From the IMG/VR virus record IMGVR_UViG_3300044638_006750, positions 1 to 64,000 of that record: a DNA stretch of 64,000 bases; one strand, 5' to 3'. Positions 11,761 through 22,551 of this stretch are shown here, one piece after another. Positions within the stretch are counted from its first letter, which is position 1, and every line of letters begins with the position of its first letter. Under the pieces are notes generated by a model, which did not search any database, was not told the origin of the DNA, and worked only from the letters and a program-made list of their open reading frames with translations. The position numbers were made by a program, and so were the translations under genes.

Positions 11761-12212
11761 GGAAACACTATCCAGTCTTTATTTTGAGAACGATCTAAAC
11801 TTCTTACCGGATAGTCTACTATAAAGTTCTGTTCAGTATTATAAAATAATGAACAGGTTTTGACAGAGTGGTGTCCGCGACTCATAAATTCTGTTATGAT
11901 TTTAGACATTGTAATACCACTATCACATATATCATCTACTATCAGTATATTACTATTTATAGATAATTTTTCTGCTTCTAATAGTTTAACTTCGTTGTCA
12001 CTATCGTCTCTAGTTTGACAACTCATCATAATCATAGGTTTATCCAGTGAATGACTAAGTTTTATTGCTGGAATAAGACCACCTCTTTTAACTCCAACAA
12101 TATAGTCAGGAATCCATAATTTACCTATTAGTTTATTGCGAATATATTCTACATCATTATCTAGATCTGACCAAGTATAAAACAATTTTGTTGCTGTGTC
12201 TGTGTTTGACAT
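11748..12212 (-). CDS. Type I phosphoribosyltransferase (Gpt/Xpt-like)
   Basis: VGVKRGGLIPA; PRPP motif LIVDDICDSGITM; C-terminal WIVFPWE. Confidence 0.9.
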   Translation of the reverse strand: MSNTDTATKLFYTWSDLDNDVEYIRNKLIGKLWIPDYIVGVKRGGLIPAIKLSHSLDKPMIMMSCQTRDDSDNEVKLLEAEKLSINSNILIVDDICDSGITMSKIITEFMSRGHHSVKTCSLFYNTEQNFIVDYPVRSLDRSQNKDWIVFPWEV

Positions 12213-12401
12213 TTTATTTTGGTTTTTTAAATAAGGATAAAAGATATTCTGTAAGACATTTTAATTCTTCTATTGTCAGATCATTAAGTCTATCAATCAT
12301 CATCCAGTGCTTATCATCATCTCCATAAGGACGATAAATCTCAAGCTGTAAATCTTGGCTCTGCGGATTTTTTACAACCTTAAATTTAACGCTATGACAA
12401 T

Positions 12402-12785
12402 TCATGATACATCAATTTTTTGAGTAAAAACTATGCCTTTGCGTTTTGGTGCTAGTATAGGGTGGTCAAATTTAGTAACCTGAGATACCACCCAACCATA
12501 CTTTAATTTATTTGGTTTCCAACCATAATTTTCATCTGATTTTTCCACCATATGTCTATTATAGTCAGACGCCCATATATGCTCGTCTGGATAACAAAAA
12601 CTATGACTAAAAGTTATTGTTCCAATAATACGAGATTTAAATTGACCATATTTGCCTGGAGTTTCAACTAATGCAAGAGGAACTCCTTCGTAGTTTTTAG
12701 GGAGTGGATATGAGCGTGTCTCAACACATTTCTGACCATTAATTAAAAGTTGGCTCCACGGAGCCTGTATATTTATACCAGTCAT
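12402..12785 (-). CDS. ASCH domain protein
   Basis: INIQAPWSQLLINGQKCVETRS (GxKxxExR). Confidence 0.85.
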   Translation of the reverse strand: MTGINIQAPWSQLLINGQKCVETRSYPLPKNYEGVPLALVETPGKYGQFKSRIIGTITFSHSFCYPDEHIWASDYNRHMVEKSDENYGWKPNKLKYGWVVSQVTKFDHPILAPKRKGIVFTQKIDVS

Positions 12786-14859
12786 TTAATCAAGACTCCA
12801 ATCCAGCAGCAAGTTACTAAAAATATAACATTGATACAAGAAGCTATGATGGTATACTTTAACAGATTGGGTGAATTTACATAAATATAATAGTAGTCAT
12901 TTAAAGCCCTATCTGCTTCCCAAGGAGTATAACATTTGTTAGCAAGCATATCATATACGTCCTGCTTTGTTGCTCCCTCTTCCCAATACATTTTAGCCGC
13001 TTTCAGTAGTTCTATGTCGGTATCAACATTTCTATATTCATAATCCATAAGCAAAAAACCTCCACGATTTCTTGCCGCCTTACAAGAATACAGTTATCTT
13101 ACTCCACCAAAATAAAAGTTTAAAATACATTCTTTAGGATGGTATTTACTAACATGATTTATACTACCGTCATCATTCATAGTCACCGATCCAGTATGCA
13201 AGATATGACCTATTGAATAATCTTCTTTTAGAAGATGTAATTGGCTTTTATCATGAAACCAGTTCCAATAATTGTACTGGACAGGACTTTGATTGTCAAC
13301 AGACAATGCTATCATTACTGTTTGTTCTAGGTTTTTCAATAAATAGTCATGCAATGTCATTGAGTGACCTCAATATGCCACTTATTTCCATGGAGTTCAG
13401 CCACAACACCCATCCCCAATTTTACCAACTCAGATACAATCTCAGCCAACTTTTCAGTTTCATTAAGATAAAGATAAATCATATTTCACCCAAATTGTGT
13501 CCACTTACGTTCAGTAATAATGTCTTTAAACCTTTTCCCGGCAGGAGTTAGTTGAACCATACCATCCACGCAAAAAATACACCCATCCTTATCGCCGGGA
13601 TTATCATAGCGGTCGCCACCTTCCTCATCATAACTATCAAAATAAAGAGTAAGGCCGGTTTTCTTATTAAAAGTATTCTTAAGGGATTGAATTAGACTTT
13701 CATATTGTTCAAAAATTTCTTCTGTAGCCTGTTCATCGTCGTTAGCACATTCATAAATAGGCTCGATAACTTCTTCTGGATTATCCCATGCTAACCATCG
13801 ACCAATACTATACCAACCAACGCTTTTAAAGTGTGGAGCCTTTTCAATAGCCTTAATTTGGGCAGGACAAAGTTTCTTCAAGTCCTTATATTCGATAACA
13901 AAAGATCCAACAGCAAAACTACCCATTCCCATTGTCGGAACTCCTTATTTTAGTAATTTCCCAAGATTCCATATGTTTAGTGGTTTCGTCTGGATGGCAA
14001 GGTAAAAGTTTAACACAATTCCTTCTAGCATCTGTCTCAGACTCACAATCCCTCATAACAATCTGTACAGTAACATAGTGATATTTCATATGGGCCTCCA
14101 AGGTATACGTCTAAGCATACCAGAGTAATCGACATTTGTCAACGGTCGCCTTTAGAGAATCCCAATTTCCATAAAGTCAATGTCAAGATTAAGTTCATCC
14201 CAATCTTTTTGCGTAACATTTCCTATAACCAAATAGTTATCATCTTTAGAATAGTCCTGATTTCTATCATACTTAATATAAAAACCCTCAGATAAACTAG
14301 ATTTCATCTGATTAAGATCAGTAACAATCTCTTGAGCCTCTTTGTGACCAACGATATTACTAAAACATTGAATAAGATTCATTTTTTTCTATTTAGTTTA
14401 CCTTGATATCCTTAATAAATGTCTCAGGCACTCCAAAAGCATTTTTAGCAGTAAACTTTAAAGTAACAGTGTTTCCACTCACCTTAGTATAAAACTCATG
14501 AAATACAAGAGTATCAGGGAAGTTAACCATACTCCTAACAATCTCCTTAGCCTTCAAAATCTTATTAATCTCATTATCATCAATAGCCATAGCAATATTA
14601 GGACGAACCATAATATCTCCAATAGATCCGCCCATAACAACAGCAAACATTACCGCACGAATAAACTTAGTCATTAGTTTTCCTCCACAAATTGGTTAAA
14701 AAAATTAGCAAGCCCCTTAATCTCATCCTTAGTCAACTGCATTTGCAACCATTGCCAAGAAATAACATTGTTAATAGTTAAAGTTGACAAATTCCCGTTC
14801 TGTTCAACATCAAAGTTGTAAATATCTGCCCTATAAGAATCTTTAGTTGCCAAACTCAT
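12782..14859 (-). CDS. Run of small hypothetical ORFs
   Basis: Co-oriented ORFs 12782-13054, 13094-13360, 13486-13932, 13919-14101, 14152-14382, 14393-14674, 14674-14859. Confidence 0.65.
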
Positions 14860-16345
14860 TATTTATTTTCCTCCACCCATTCTCTATAAGCATCACACGC
14901 TTCTTGTATAATTTGAAAATAGCCTATTACACTAACTCCTTCAAATTCATGTCTCATAATATAATTCTCAAAGAGAAATTCATTTCCCTGTGGTTTGCCC
15001 CAAAGTTGTGTTTTTGTGGGTATGTCGCCCATTGTTTATTCATTTCTTTGATTCTTTGGGGATTTGTTTCCCATTTAGATTAATTAATGCTTTGATTATA
15101 CTTTTTAGTAGGCACAATAGCCCTTAGACGGTTATAGATAATGGTCAAATTAGTACGATCAATATGTACTTTTTCATGGAGAGTATCTCCAATAACCCTT
15201 TTAACCAGAGCAATTTCTTTATCGGTCAACAATACATTCTTATACATAAATCCCCTATTTATTACTACTTTTCCTACTACTAGTTATAGACAGTATACCA
15301 GAAGGGATAGGGTCTGTCAAGAGGGTTTATCGGCCATTCGCACTATTGGCCTTTAATCCAATTTTCACCACGGCGTAAGATAATAAGTGAATTTTAATTT
15401 GATTAGTTAACAAATAGATCATATTAGCTAACAAACCAGTTAAACGACTTATTTCTGGGATTCAGAAGAGGTATATTGGTGGGATTGATAGTGGTGATTA
15501 ATAATATATTCTACAATATATTTGGTAGAAATCATAGAAACTATTGTAACTAGCCCCAAAAGAATCAGGTTTTTGATAAAAGGTTTATGAAATTCTACAA
15601 TTTTTGAACTACTCATCATTTTCATCCTTATAAAGAAAATACTCTAAATACGAAACCAATCCCCACATGATGGTTATGCAGAGAAGAATGATAACATGAC
15701 CATATTTAATTAGGGGATCATTATTGTCCATTAAAATACCTCAAGATCGCCCAGTGTATTCCTATGAGGATTGGTATTGCTATTAGGAATATGATTAGTC
15801 TGGTAGTATCATCATGCACAAATGTTGGACATATTGGCCGTCTAACTATTGTCGGGGTCTGTGCTATTATCTGATGAACTAACATAATTGATTAACCATT
15901 GATTAGCTAGGTATACAATACTCTCTACTATTATAATTCCTAGAATCAAAAAACCAATGGTTCGTAAGATGCTAAATATATTCATATTAACTGACTGTAG
16001 GCATCTGGGGCAAATCCGGTGCTTTAGGTGGGACTACTAAAATCTTCATAAGTTATTTTAGGAATATGATGGTCACCAGCATCCACCATATTTTTGATTT
16101 CTATGGTCAAAATACTACTACTTAAATCTGGAGTTGTTAATCTGTGCTTATTTACCAAGTCTTGAACATGAGCACAAATACTCTCACAGCTAATTTCTTT
16201 GTTTAAAACTATTCCTATAATCATACTAACTGACTGACTGTAACCATAAAAACCGATCCCATAATATTAGGTAGTACAAGCATATCCCCTGATAGATAGG
16301 TGGGTGAGAGAAGAGATACCAGGGGTATGCTTATACGTTATATTA

Positions 16346-16693
16346 TCATCTCCAGCTTCTTACTCTATACCACATTCCGTTACGACCTTGAGCACTAGCA
16401 TCTCCTGTTAGGCTCATATTGTTACCGGGAACACATGTGTTACAATTGGCACTAGAACCATAACCTACCCCTTCAAAACTACCAATAGTTCCCCATACAT
16501 GACCAGTAATATTATTAGCTGCCATATAATTTGCTTCTGCTTGACATCTTTCCTGATCATTTCCCGAAACATAATAGTTACTATAACTTTGGACCTTCAT
16601 GGTCGGCTGACTATAGTACCTGGGCCTCGCCGCCTCCGCGACTAAACTAGTACAAAAAATAACGGCAAATGCAACCATAAAAATTCTCATCAT
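16346..16693 (-). CDS. Small secreted Cys-containing protein
   Basis: Signal-peptide-like N-terminus; GGAGG RBS; FEGVGYG...C..C...GDA. Confidence 0.65.
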   Translation of the reverse strand: MMRIFMVAFAVIFCTSLVAEAARPRYYSQPTMKVQSYSNYYVSGNDQERCQAEANYMAANNITGHVWGTIGSFEGVGYGSSANCNTCVPGNNMSLTGDASAQGRNGMWYRVRSWR

Positions 16694-16818
16694 TTATCCT
16701 CCATGATAAAGTAATTCCTTTTAAGAAAAGACCCCCGAGTTTTTTCGGGGGCGATCTTTTCGTTATGATCTATAATCCGACAAGTTGTCCTAACCCTTCA
16801 GATTATCAACCATGATTT

Positions 16819-17037
16819 TCAACGAACAACATCACGAATACGATTGACTGTTTTTCGTCCTACATTTCGCGTAGCCTGTACGGTGCGTCGTGTTACTGTT
16901 ACTGGAACACTAACAACCTCACGGGTAACATTAACAACACGACTTCGTAGCGAACAAGTGCCGTTGACACATTCACCAGCCATAGAGGTTGAGCCAACAC
17001 AAAGTAGTGCGATTACTAATAGAAAATTCTTCATAAA
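16819..17037 (-). CDS. Small secreted protein, planctomycete-style (GECVNGTC...)
   Basis: AAGGAG RBS before MKNFLLVIALL; signal peptide; CxxGxC then Arg/Val-rich tail. Confidence 0.65.
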   Translation of the reverse strand, partial: FMKNFLLVIALLCVGSTSMAGECVNGTCSLRSRVVNVTREVVSVPVTVTRRTVQATRNVGRKTVNRIRDVVR

Positions 17038-18749
17038 AATAACTCCTTGGTTAAAAAGAATGTGCCGTCCTTGGCACGAATCATTCATTTACTAACCTAT
17101 ACTAGAAAGACGGGATTTGTTGTCAATTCCCAAAATCTTAAAGGGTTCTCTAAACTCGCTGACTACGACCACAAAGACCAAATCCGGCAGATTAGCTGAG
17201 ACTAATTGCCGGACTTGATGTTAACCAAACTTAATGGTAGTTATTACAAACTTTTCTTAGGCTTATACCAAAAATTGTATAGAAAGTATGATGATAGTAA
17301 AGCTAACAATACTAATCCACCAACACTATACCAATAAACTAATGGAAAACTATCGTTCATAAAGCACCTCACTTTAAATTACAAAGAACTCAGTGTCGGG
17401 CTTTTTTGCCTTACTAATTTTGGGACGACTACTACATTTAGTAATCTTGCCCCTATGATCCTTATGTTCAAGTTCTAGGAAACTTTTATCTCTACCGTCG
17501 TTATAATCTTTGAATCTAAAAATATAGTTCTTGATTATATCTTCAGGTTTAGTATCCTGATCATATATTTCCCCTTCTATTTCAAAGGATAATATTCTAT
17601 GAAAGATTCTAGGCATGATGTTCATACTCCTGTGTTAGAGTAGCAGGCCCACTAAAATCTTCCCAATTATCTACTAGAATTTCTGGAGCCTCTTTTCGAA
17701 TCTCTGACTCCAAGGCATAATTAGACTCTTTATCTTTTTCCTTTTGCAGATAGTCTCTTAAACGATCTTTTATCTGCATAAAATCTAATTCACCTAAAAT
17801 CTGATCAATATACTTTCTCTGAATCTCCCTACGAGTAACCTGATTAATAACTCTAGCCTTCATAAATCACCTCATGGTTAAAAAGTTAAAAACAATTCGC
17901 CCATGATTCCAATTGTCCCCCGATTACTCAGGTGACGATCAGCTCCGTTGACAAATCACATTATACCATGGTGGTGAGATATGACAATTTGTTTTTTTAT
18001 TTGATTAGTCTATGTCGTCATAGTTATTGAATCTTCTTGGCGATCTCTTAATAAGAATTCTTTCTGGTTCGGACGGACGCATCATGTCTATAACGATACA
18101 GGATGCTCCTATTAAAAAGAGCAGGAGGACGCCACCAAGAATATAAAAACCGGCCATACAGATACCTCTGGTTGAGCTATAATAGATTTCGAACCCTCAG
18201 ACATGTTTGATTTTGTGTCTTCTTGCTCATGTAGTTTACATAGCGCATATCTCTTTAAAAGTTTCTGAGCTTGACAGTGCTTAGCAAAACTTTATGTATT
18301 ATGCAGAGTTGGTATTAAACTACTAAAGAGTAAGAATACAAGATACATATAACTCTATAGTATCTTATGTATCAATCAGCACTCCATTGCAGACACGAGA
18401 CAGAACAGGATAATGAGCATAAGCATAAGAAGTTCCTTGGGTGACAGGTGTGAAAAAGAAAGTAATATACATTGTAATCACCGGACTTCTACGCAAAACT
18501 ACCAGCATTATCAAGACTCTCATACAAACCATCAATATAATCTCTGTCGCCTTGGCTAAGAGACTTATCATTCCAGTTGACATAACTCAGGGCATCTAGT
18601 ATAATTTCCATATCACGAACGTTGAAACGAAAGCTGTTGTATTCAGGATCGTATGTCATAGCTATCTCCGTAAGATGTTTTGTACTGTCGAGCTACACTA
18701 CCAGTATACCATACCTATCGGTCGCCACAAGGTGTTGAGTATAAAGGAT

Positions 18750-19145
18750 TTAGATCAGAAAACCCCAATGGCACAGGGTCTTAATAGTAGTACCCAAACC
18801 AGGAACCAGTTCTAACTTAAAACAGTCTTTATAAGAAGCCCACACATAGGAGGAATGTTCCCAGTTAAGATCAACCTCATAAAGACCAACTTGATTACAA
18901 ACAAAAACAGTTTTACTATATCCCGAATGATACTTAACTTCCATAGGAGTAAGCTCAAGGGCATTTAGTCTTATATTAGTTTCCTCTCGTAGTTCTCTTA
19001 TAGCAGCATCAATAAGAGTCTCATTATCTTCTACGCCTCCGCCAGGCAAACAATATTTCTCAGGCATCCAAGGAGCAGTTGGTCCTCGTTTCAATAGTAA
19101 TAATTTATTAGCACTTATTACAGCAACCGTACTATTTTTTTGCAT
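18750..19145 (-). CDS. NUDIX hydrolase
   Basis: Nudix box GGGVEDNETLIDAAIRELREETN. Confidence 0.92.
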   Translation of the reverse strand: MQKNSTVAVISANKLLLLKRGPTAPWMPEKYCLPGGGVEDNETLIDAAIRELREETNIRLNALELTPMEVKYHSGYSKTVFVCNQVGLYEVDLNWEHSSYVWASYKDCFKLELVPGLGTTIKTLCHWGFLI

Positions 19146-19751
19146 ACCATCCTAGCGTCTGCGGGGTTCGGTACTTAAAAGACACATCATAAGTATAATA
19201 CAAACTATAGCAACCAAATCAATCCTCCAATTCTCTAACTTCCACTATATTTTCTGGGCCAAATTCTCCAAAGAAATCAGGATCACCATAAAGCATATTA
19301 GTAAGATAGTTAGCAATCTCTTCCTTGTTATTAGAAACAAGATCATCCTCAATACCAAGTTCCATAGTAATCTTGATCAACTTCATTTCTTGACCCGCTT
19401 CTTTCTTTTTTGGGTAAACTTTTTCAGTTCCAACCACACAGTACCATTCCCCCACACATTCTCTTCCCCAAACATATTATCAATAGCATCCTCAACATTA
19501 GTAGGAATACTATCGGGATTATCAGCTTCTGGATATACAGTAATCTTAATTAGAGCATTGTAATACTTAACTGTTTTTCTAGTCATACTTCCTTTCTGCA
19601 TAACTCAAAGGGTCCCCAACATTTTGCAGACTATGATTTATAAAGAATAATATAGTCTATTTTTATCTTCCTGAGAATCAATCTCAGTAGATTATTTATT
19701 TGTTACATCGCTTGTTACTATGTACAGTATAACACACGATTCGACTTGACG

Positions 19752-19978
19752 CAAGGTCTTGTGGTTCATGGACTTACGATCATTGGCTGGCTTTACTGGA
19801 CTGACTATGAGCATCATGAGCGAACCCGTTGGATTAGATAGGACAATCTAGGGCTAGAATAACATCCTGACCCTTATTACATTCACTATTATTATTTTTA
19901 CCTAACCCATTGCCACCACTCACCTTACGTCTACTCCATTGTATCGTCATCCCCAACCCCTTGTCTATAGGGAACTTG
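19752..19978. repeat. Extra single 25-bp boxes at the left edge of the element array (19752-19776, 19903-19927, 19954-19978)
   Basis: CAAGG-N15-ACTTA, TAACC-N15-CCTTA, CAACC-N15-ACTTG; same 5-15-5 geometry. Confidence 0.65.
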
Positions 19979-20002
19979 CGAGATTCTTTTACAAAATTTA
20001 CG

Positions 20003-20080
20003 TAAGTCATTGCCACCATTAAACTTACGACTAAATTCGCGGGCCGGGATCTCCCTAAGTCCTTTAGTGGCAACCACTTA
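20003..20080. repeat. 78-bp double-box element, copy 1
   Basis: TAAGT-N15-ACTTA-N28-TAAGT-N15-ACTTA. Confidence 0.9.
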
Positions 20081-20098
20081 CGTCAAATCCACCATCAT

Positions 20099-20141
20099 AA
20101 AAAAGGAGAAGCCGCCCCCCACCCCTGAGGGACGGCTTCCC
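20099..20141 (-). terminator. Rho-independent terminator after the DUF932-like gene
   Basis: Minus strand GGAAGCCGTCCCTCA-GGGG-TGGGGGGCGGCTTCT stem, then CCTTTTTT. Confidence 0.8.
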
Positions 20142-20168
20142 CGAGCCACGCACCACGAAAGGAGAGCG

Positions 20169-21119
20169 TTAGATGGCGTTGGCGAACTGCAATGCAGTGT
20201 CCAATGCCTTGGAGTTGTCGTTCGCATTCTGGCCGAACCAGAGCGAGTCGAGCCGGTTGTCCGACGTGCGACCCTTGCTGTAGTTCAGGTATTCGTTGAA
20301 ACCGTTGTAGGCAGCCCACCACGTTCCACGAACCCCAACCGCAGCCTGCTTCGGACCTTCGACGAGAGTAAGGATCTCGTCCATGATATTGCGGGTGCGA
20401 GTCTTGATCTCCTCGTCCGCAGTACCTTCGATGCCCAGCAGTACCTTGACATACCGACGAACGTCGGCCTGATTGAAGTTCTTCGACGCGAGGAACCGAT
20501 ACTGTTCAGCAGTCGCTTCGAACTCCGCATTGATGTTGTCCATAATGTCACGGACTTGTTCCAGATTGGTCTTGCTGGAGCGGGTGTGACGAATACGGAT
20601 CAGTTTGCTGCCGCTATGCTTGCTGTGAGCAGCGGCGAGCGTGTTGACGCACACAACCCGGATCGGCGTATAGCCGACACGAATGGCGGTTGTGCCGTCG
20701 TGACTGTTCGACAGCAAAATGAACTTGCAAACCTCGTCACCCTTGACGATTTCGCTATTGTCACGGTTGAGTTGGGCAAGCACCCAAACCTTCTGGCCGC
20801 TATGCAGCGAACCGGCAGTGTGCAACTGGCACTCGCCAGCGTCAAGAAACGGCTGGAACCAATCGAACGCATCGCTGTTTTGCAGCGGAGTGTATCGCGG
20901 ACCAACAACCCCCAGAATAGAGTTATCAGTCTTGCGGTACGTTGCACGGGCGGGAACGGGCGTCCCCTCTTGGGTAAACAGGTCTTTCAGACCAACTTCC
21001 CAATCCAGACCAGCGGCGGTAATCGCCTCCGAAACAGTGGGAGCCTCATCCAACTGGTTCCCCAGACCGTGCCACGGGGTCGCACCAACAAACATCATCT
21101 TTTCAACAGCAGCAGGCAT
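20169..21119 (-). CDS. DUF932/DUF945 phage-plasmid protein (TIGR03299-like)
   Basis: PWHGLG, AGLDWEV, LGVVGPRYTPLQN, LLSNSHDG, TPIRVVCVNTL, GTWWAAYNG. Confidence 0.9.
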   Translation of the reverse strand: MPAAVEKMMFVGATPWHGLGNQLDEAPTVSEAITAAGLDWEVGLKDLFTQEGTPVPARATYRKTDNSILGVVGPRYTPLQNSDAFDWFQPFLDAGECQLHTAGSLHSGQKVWVLAQLNRDNSEIVKGDEVCKFILLSNSHDGTTAIRVGYTPIRVVCVNTLAAAHSKHSGSKLIRIRHTRSSKTNLEQVRDIMDNINAEFEATAEQYRFLASKNFNQADVRRYVKVLLGIEGTADEEIKTRTRNIMDEILTLVEGPKQAAVGVRGTWWAAYNGFNEYLNYSKGRTSDNRLDSLWFGQNANDNSKALDTALQFANAI

Positions 21120-21161
21120 ATCTATCCCTTTCGTGTTACTGAACCTTCGTTACGTCCTTCG

Positions 21162-21202
21162 ATTCTACCATCTATTATCGGCATTGTCAAGGGGGTGTCT
21201 TG
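21162..21202 (-). promoter_or_regulatory. sigma70 promoter with nested sigma28-like motif (type example)
   Basis: Minus strand TCAAG-acacccc-c-TTGACA-at-GCCGATAA-tagatgg-TAGAAT; 17-bp -35/-10 spacer. Confidence 0.85.
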
Positions 21203-21222
21203 AGAAAATTTTGTGATTGTCG

Positions 21223-21300
21223 TAAGTCGTTGTGGCGTAAGCACTTACGTTCAGCCGGGGCGCCCCGCCTGATCCTAAGTCCTTGGCGGACTTGGATTTA
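21223..21300. repeat. 78-bp element, copy 2
   Basis: TAAGT-N15-ACTTA-N28-TAAGT-N15-ATTTA. Confidence 0.9.
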
Positions 21301-21781
21301 GGAATGGGGTCTTGTAGCGTTGTTGAAACATTTTGGCTGTTTCTGTAGTGTACGCACATTCATCTGGAATATAGCAATACAATCCATTACATATTGCTTT
21401 GGGATTATCTTCGTATATAGCTTGACGAATCCATTTGAAAGTATCCCCAGAACAAATAAGATCATCTACTACAATATATCTAAAAGGAGAAACTCCTTCA
21501 ATATAAAAATCGCTGTATCGTTTTTCGTCTGGCTTACGAATAACTACAATATTTTTATTTAGCAGTTCTGCTATCTGAGGAACCACCATCAGTCCGCTTA
21601 CACCACAGCAAGCAATACTATCAAATGTATTAGCGATTGGTCGCAAATCACAAACTGCTTTGATAATAATCTTATTCCGGTTCTTGTGGTTCAAAACTCG
21701 ACACGTATGACTAGCACCCTGAATAATCTTGCCATCATCAGTGCGACGAACATCTTCTATAGATTGATTCATAAGATTCAT
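21275..21781 (-). CDS. Type I phosphoribosyltransferase-like protein
   Basis: CGVSG; VIRK; IVVDDLICSGDT PRPP motif. Confidence 0.8.
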   Translation of the reverse strand: MNLMNQSIEDVRRTDDGKIIQGASHTCRVLNHKNRNKIIIKAVCDLRPIANTFDSIACCGVSGLMVVPQIAELLNKNIVVIRKPDEKRYSDFYIEGVSPFRYIVVDDLICSGDTFKWIRQAIYEDNPKAICNGLYCYIPDECAYTTETAKMFQQRYKTPFLNPSPPRT

Positions 21782-21784
21782 AAA

Positions 21785-21864
21785 AACGGATGGTACGATT
21801 CGAACGTACTAGAAAGAAAGGAATAAAGAGATGATAATAACTTGTCCCACCAAGTTGCATCCGT
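21785..21864 (-). ncRNA. tRNA-like RNA with the anticodon arm replaced by a CU-rich single strand
   Basis: Acceptor ACGGATG/CATCCGT; D-like arm ACTTG-GTGGGA-CAAGT; T arm GTACG-TTCGAAT-CGTAC. Confidence 0.7.
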
Positions 21865-21875
21865 CCGAGAGAAGA

Positions 21876-22097
21876 TCAATCGTCAAGTTCGTCAATGTCA
21901 GAGTAGTAACTCTGGAACTCTGTATTGTATGGTTGACTCTCGTCATCATCAGCGTCAGTCATCCATGCTTCATCGGTTCCATCGTCATAGTAGATTTCAT
22001 CTTCAATATAATCAGCATCTTCGGCTAGATTGTGGTAATCGTATTCGTAATCATTCTCTCTCATAATCAACTCTCCTTTGATACCATCATACACCAA
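21876..22097 (-). CDS. Small, very acidic protein
   Basis: D/E/Y-rich; AAGGAGAG RBS before the internal Met (MRENDY). Confidence 0.65.
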   Translation of the reverse strand: MVYDGIKGELIMRENDYEYDYHNLAEDADYIEDEIYYDDGTDEAWMTDADDDESQPYNTEFQSYYSDIDELDD

Positions 22098-22115
22098 TCA
22101 GCCGCTTTTGTCAAG

Positions 22116-22188
22116 TGGGCCTTCTGGGACTCGAACCCAGAACCAATAGATTAAAAGTCTACTGCGCTGCCAATTGCGCCAAAGGCCC
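22116..22188 (-). tRNA. tRNA-Lys(UUU)
   Basis: Cloverleaf GGGCCTT...AAGGCCC-A; anticodon loop CT-TTT-AA. Confidence 0.92.
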
Positions 22189-22225
22189 GTTTAAACATTA
22201 TATCTTATGATTTGTTTTTGTCAAG

Positions 22226-22297
22226 TGACCCCACGGAGAATCGAACTCCGATCTTCGGGATGAAAGCCCGATATACGAACCATTATACTATGGGGCC
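22226..22297 (-). tRNA. tRNA-Glu(UUC)
   Basis: TCGGG-CT-TTC-AT-CCCGA; T loop TTCGATT. Confidence 0.9.
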
Positions 22298-22336
22298 AGC
22301 CTCGCAACTCAACGTCAGCCTCCGAAGCATTAGAAG

Positions 22337-22412
22337 TAGGGCGTGTACGAGTCGAACGTACCTATGACGACCTTATAAGAGTCGCGGATGCTACCGGCTT
22401 ACCTTACGCCCC
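22337..22412 (-). tRNA. tRNA-Ile(UAU)
   Basis: CGACT-CT-TAT-AA-GGTCG; acceptor GGGGCGT/ACGCCCT-A. Confidence 0.8.
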
Positions 22413-22462
22413 GTGTTTTGTATTCTACTCTGTATATCGACCTTTGTCAAGGGAAACTTTAG

Positions 22463-22549
22463 CGGAATCTGAGGGATTCGAACCCCCGGAGGATTTTAAC
22501 CCTCGGCGGTTTAGTAAACCGCTGCCTTAAACCACTCGGCCAAGATTCC
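22463..22549 (-). tRNA. tRNA-Ser(ACU), long variable arm
   Basis: GCGGT-TT-ACT-AA-ACCGC; variable arm GAGGGTTAAAATCCTC; G73. Confidence 0.85.
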
Positions 22550-22551
22550 AA

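Noticed and set aside
20010-21216. 397-aa and 165-aa plus-strand ORFs
   Set aside because: Antisense shadows of the GC-rich DUF932-like gene; no RBS or recognisable motifs.
22463-22549. Amber-suppressor reading (CUA) of the Ser tRNA, or genome recoding
   Set aside because: The 7-nt loop places ACU at 34-36. Conserved genes are full length in the standard code and TAG serves as a stop (for example terL).
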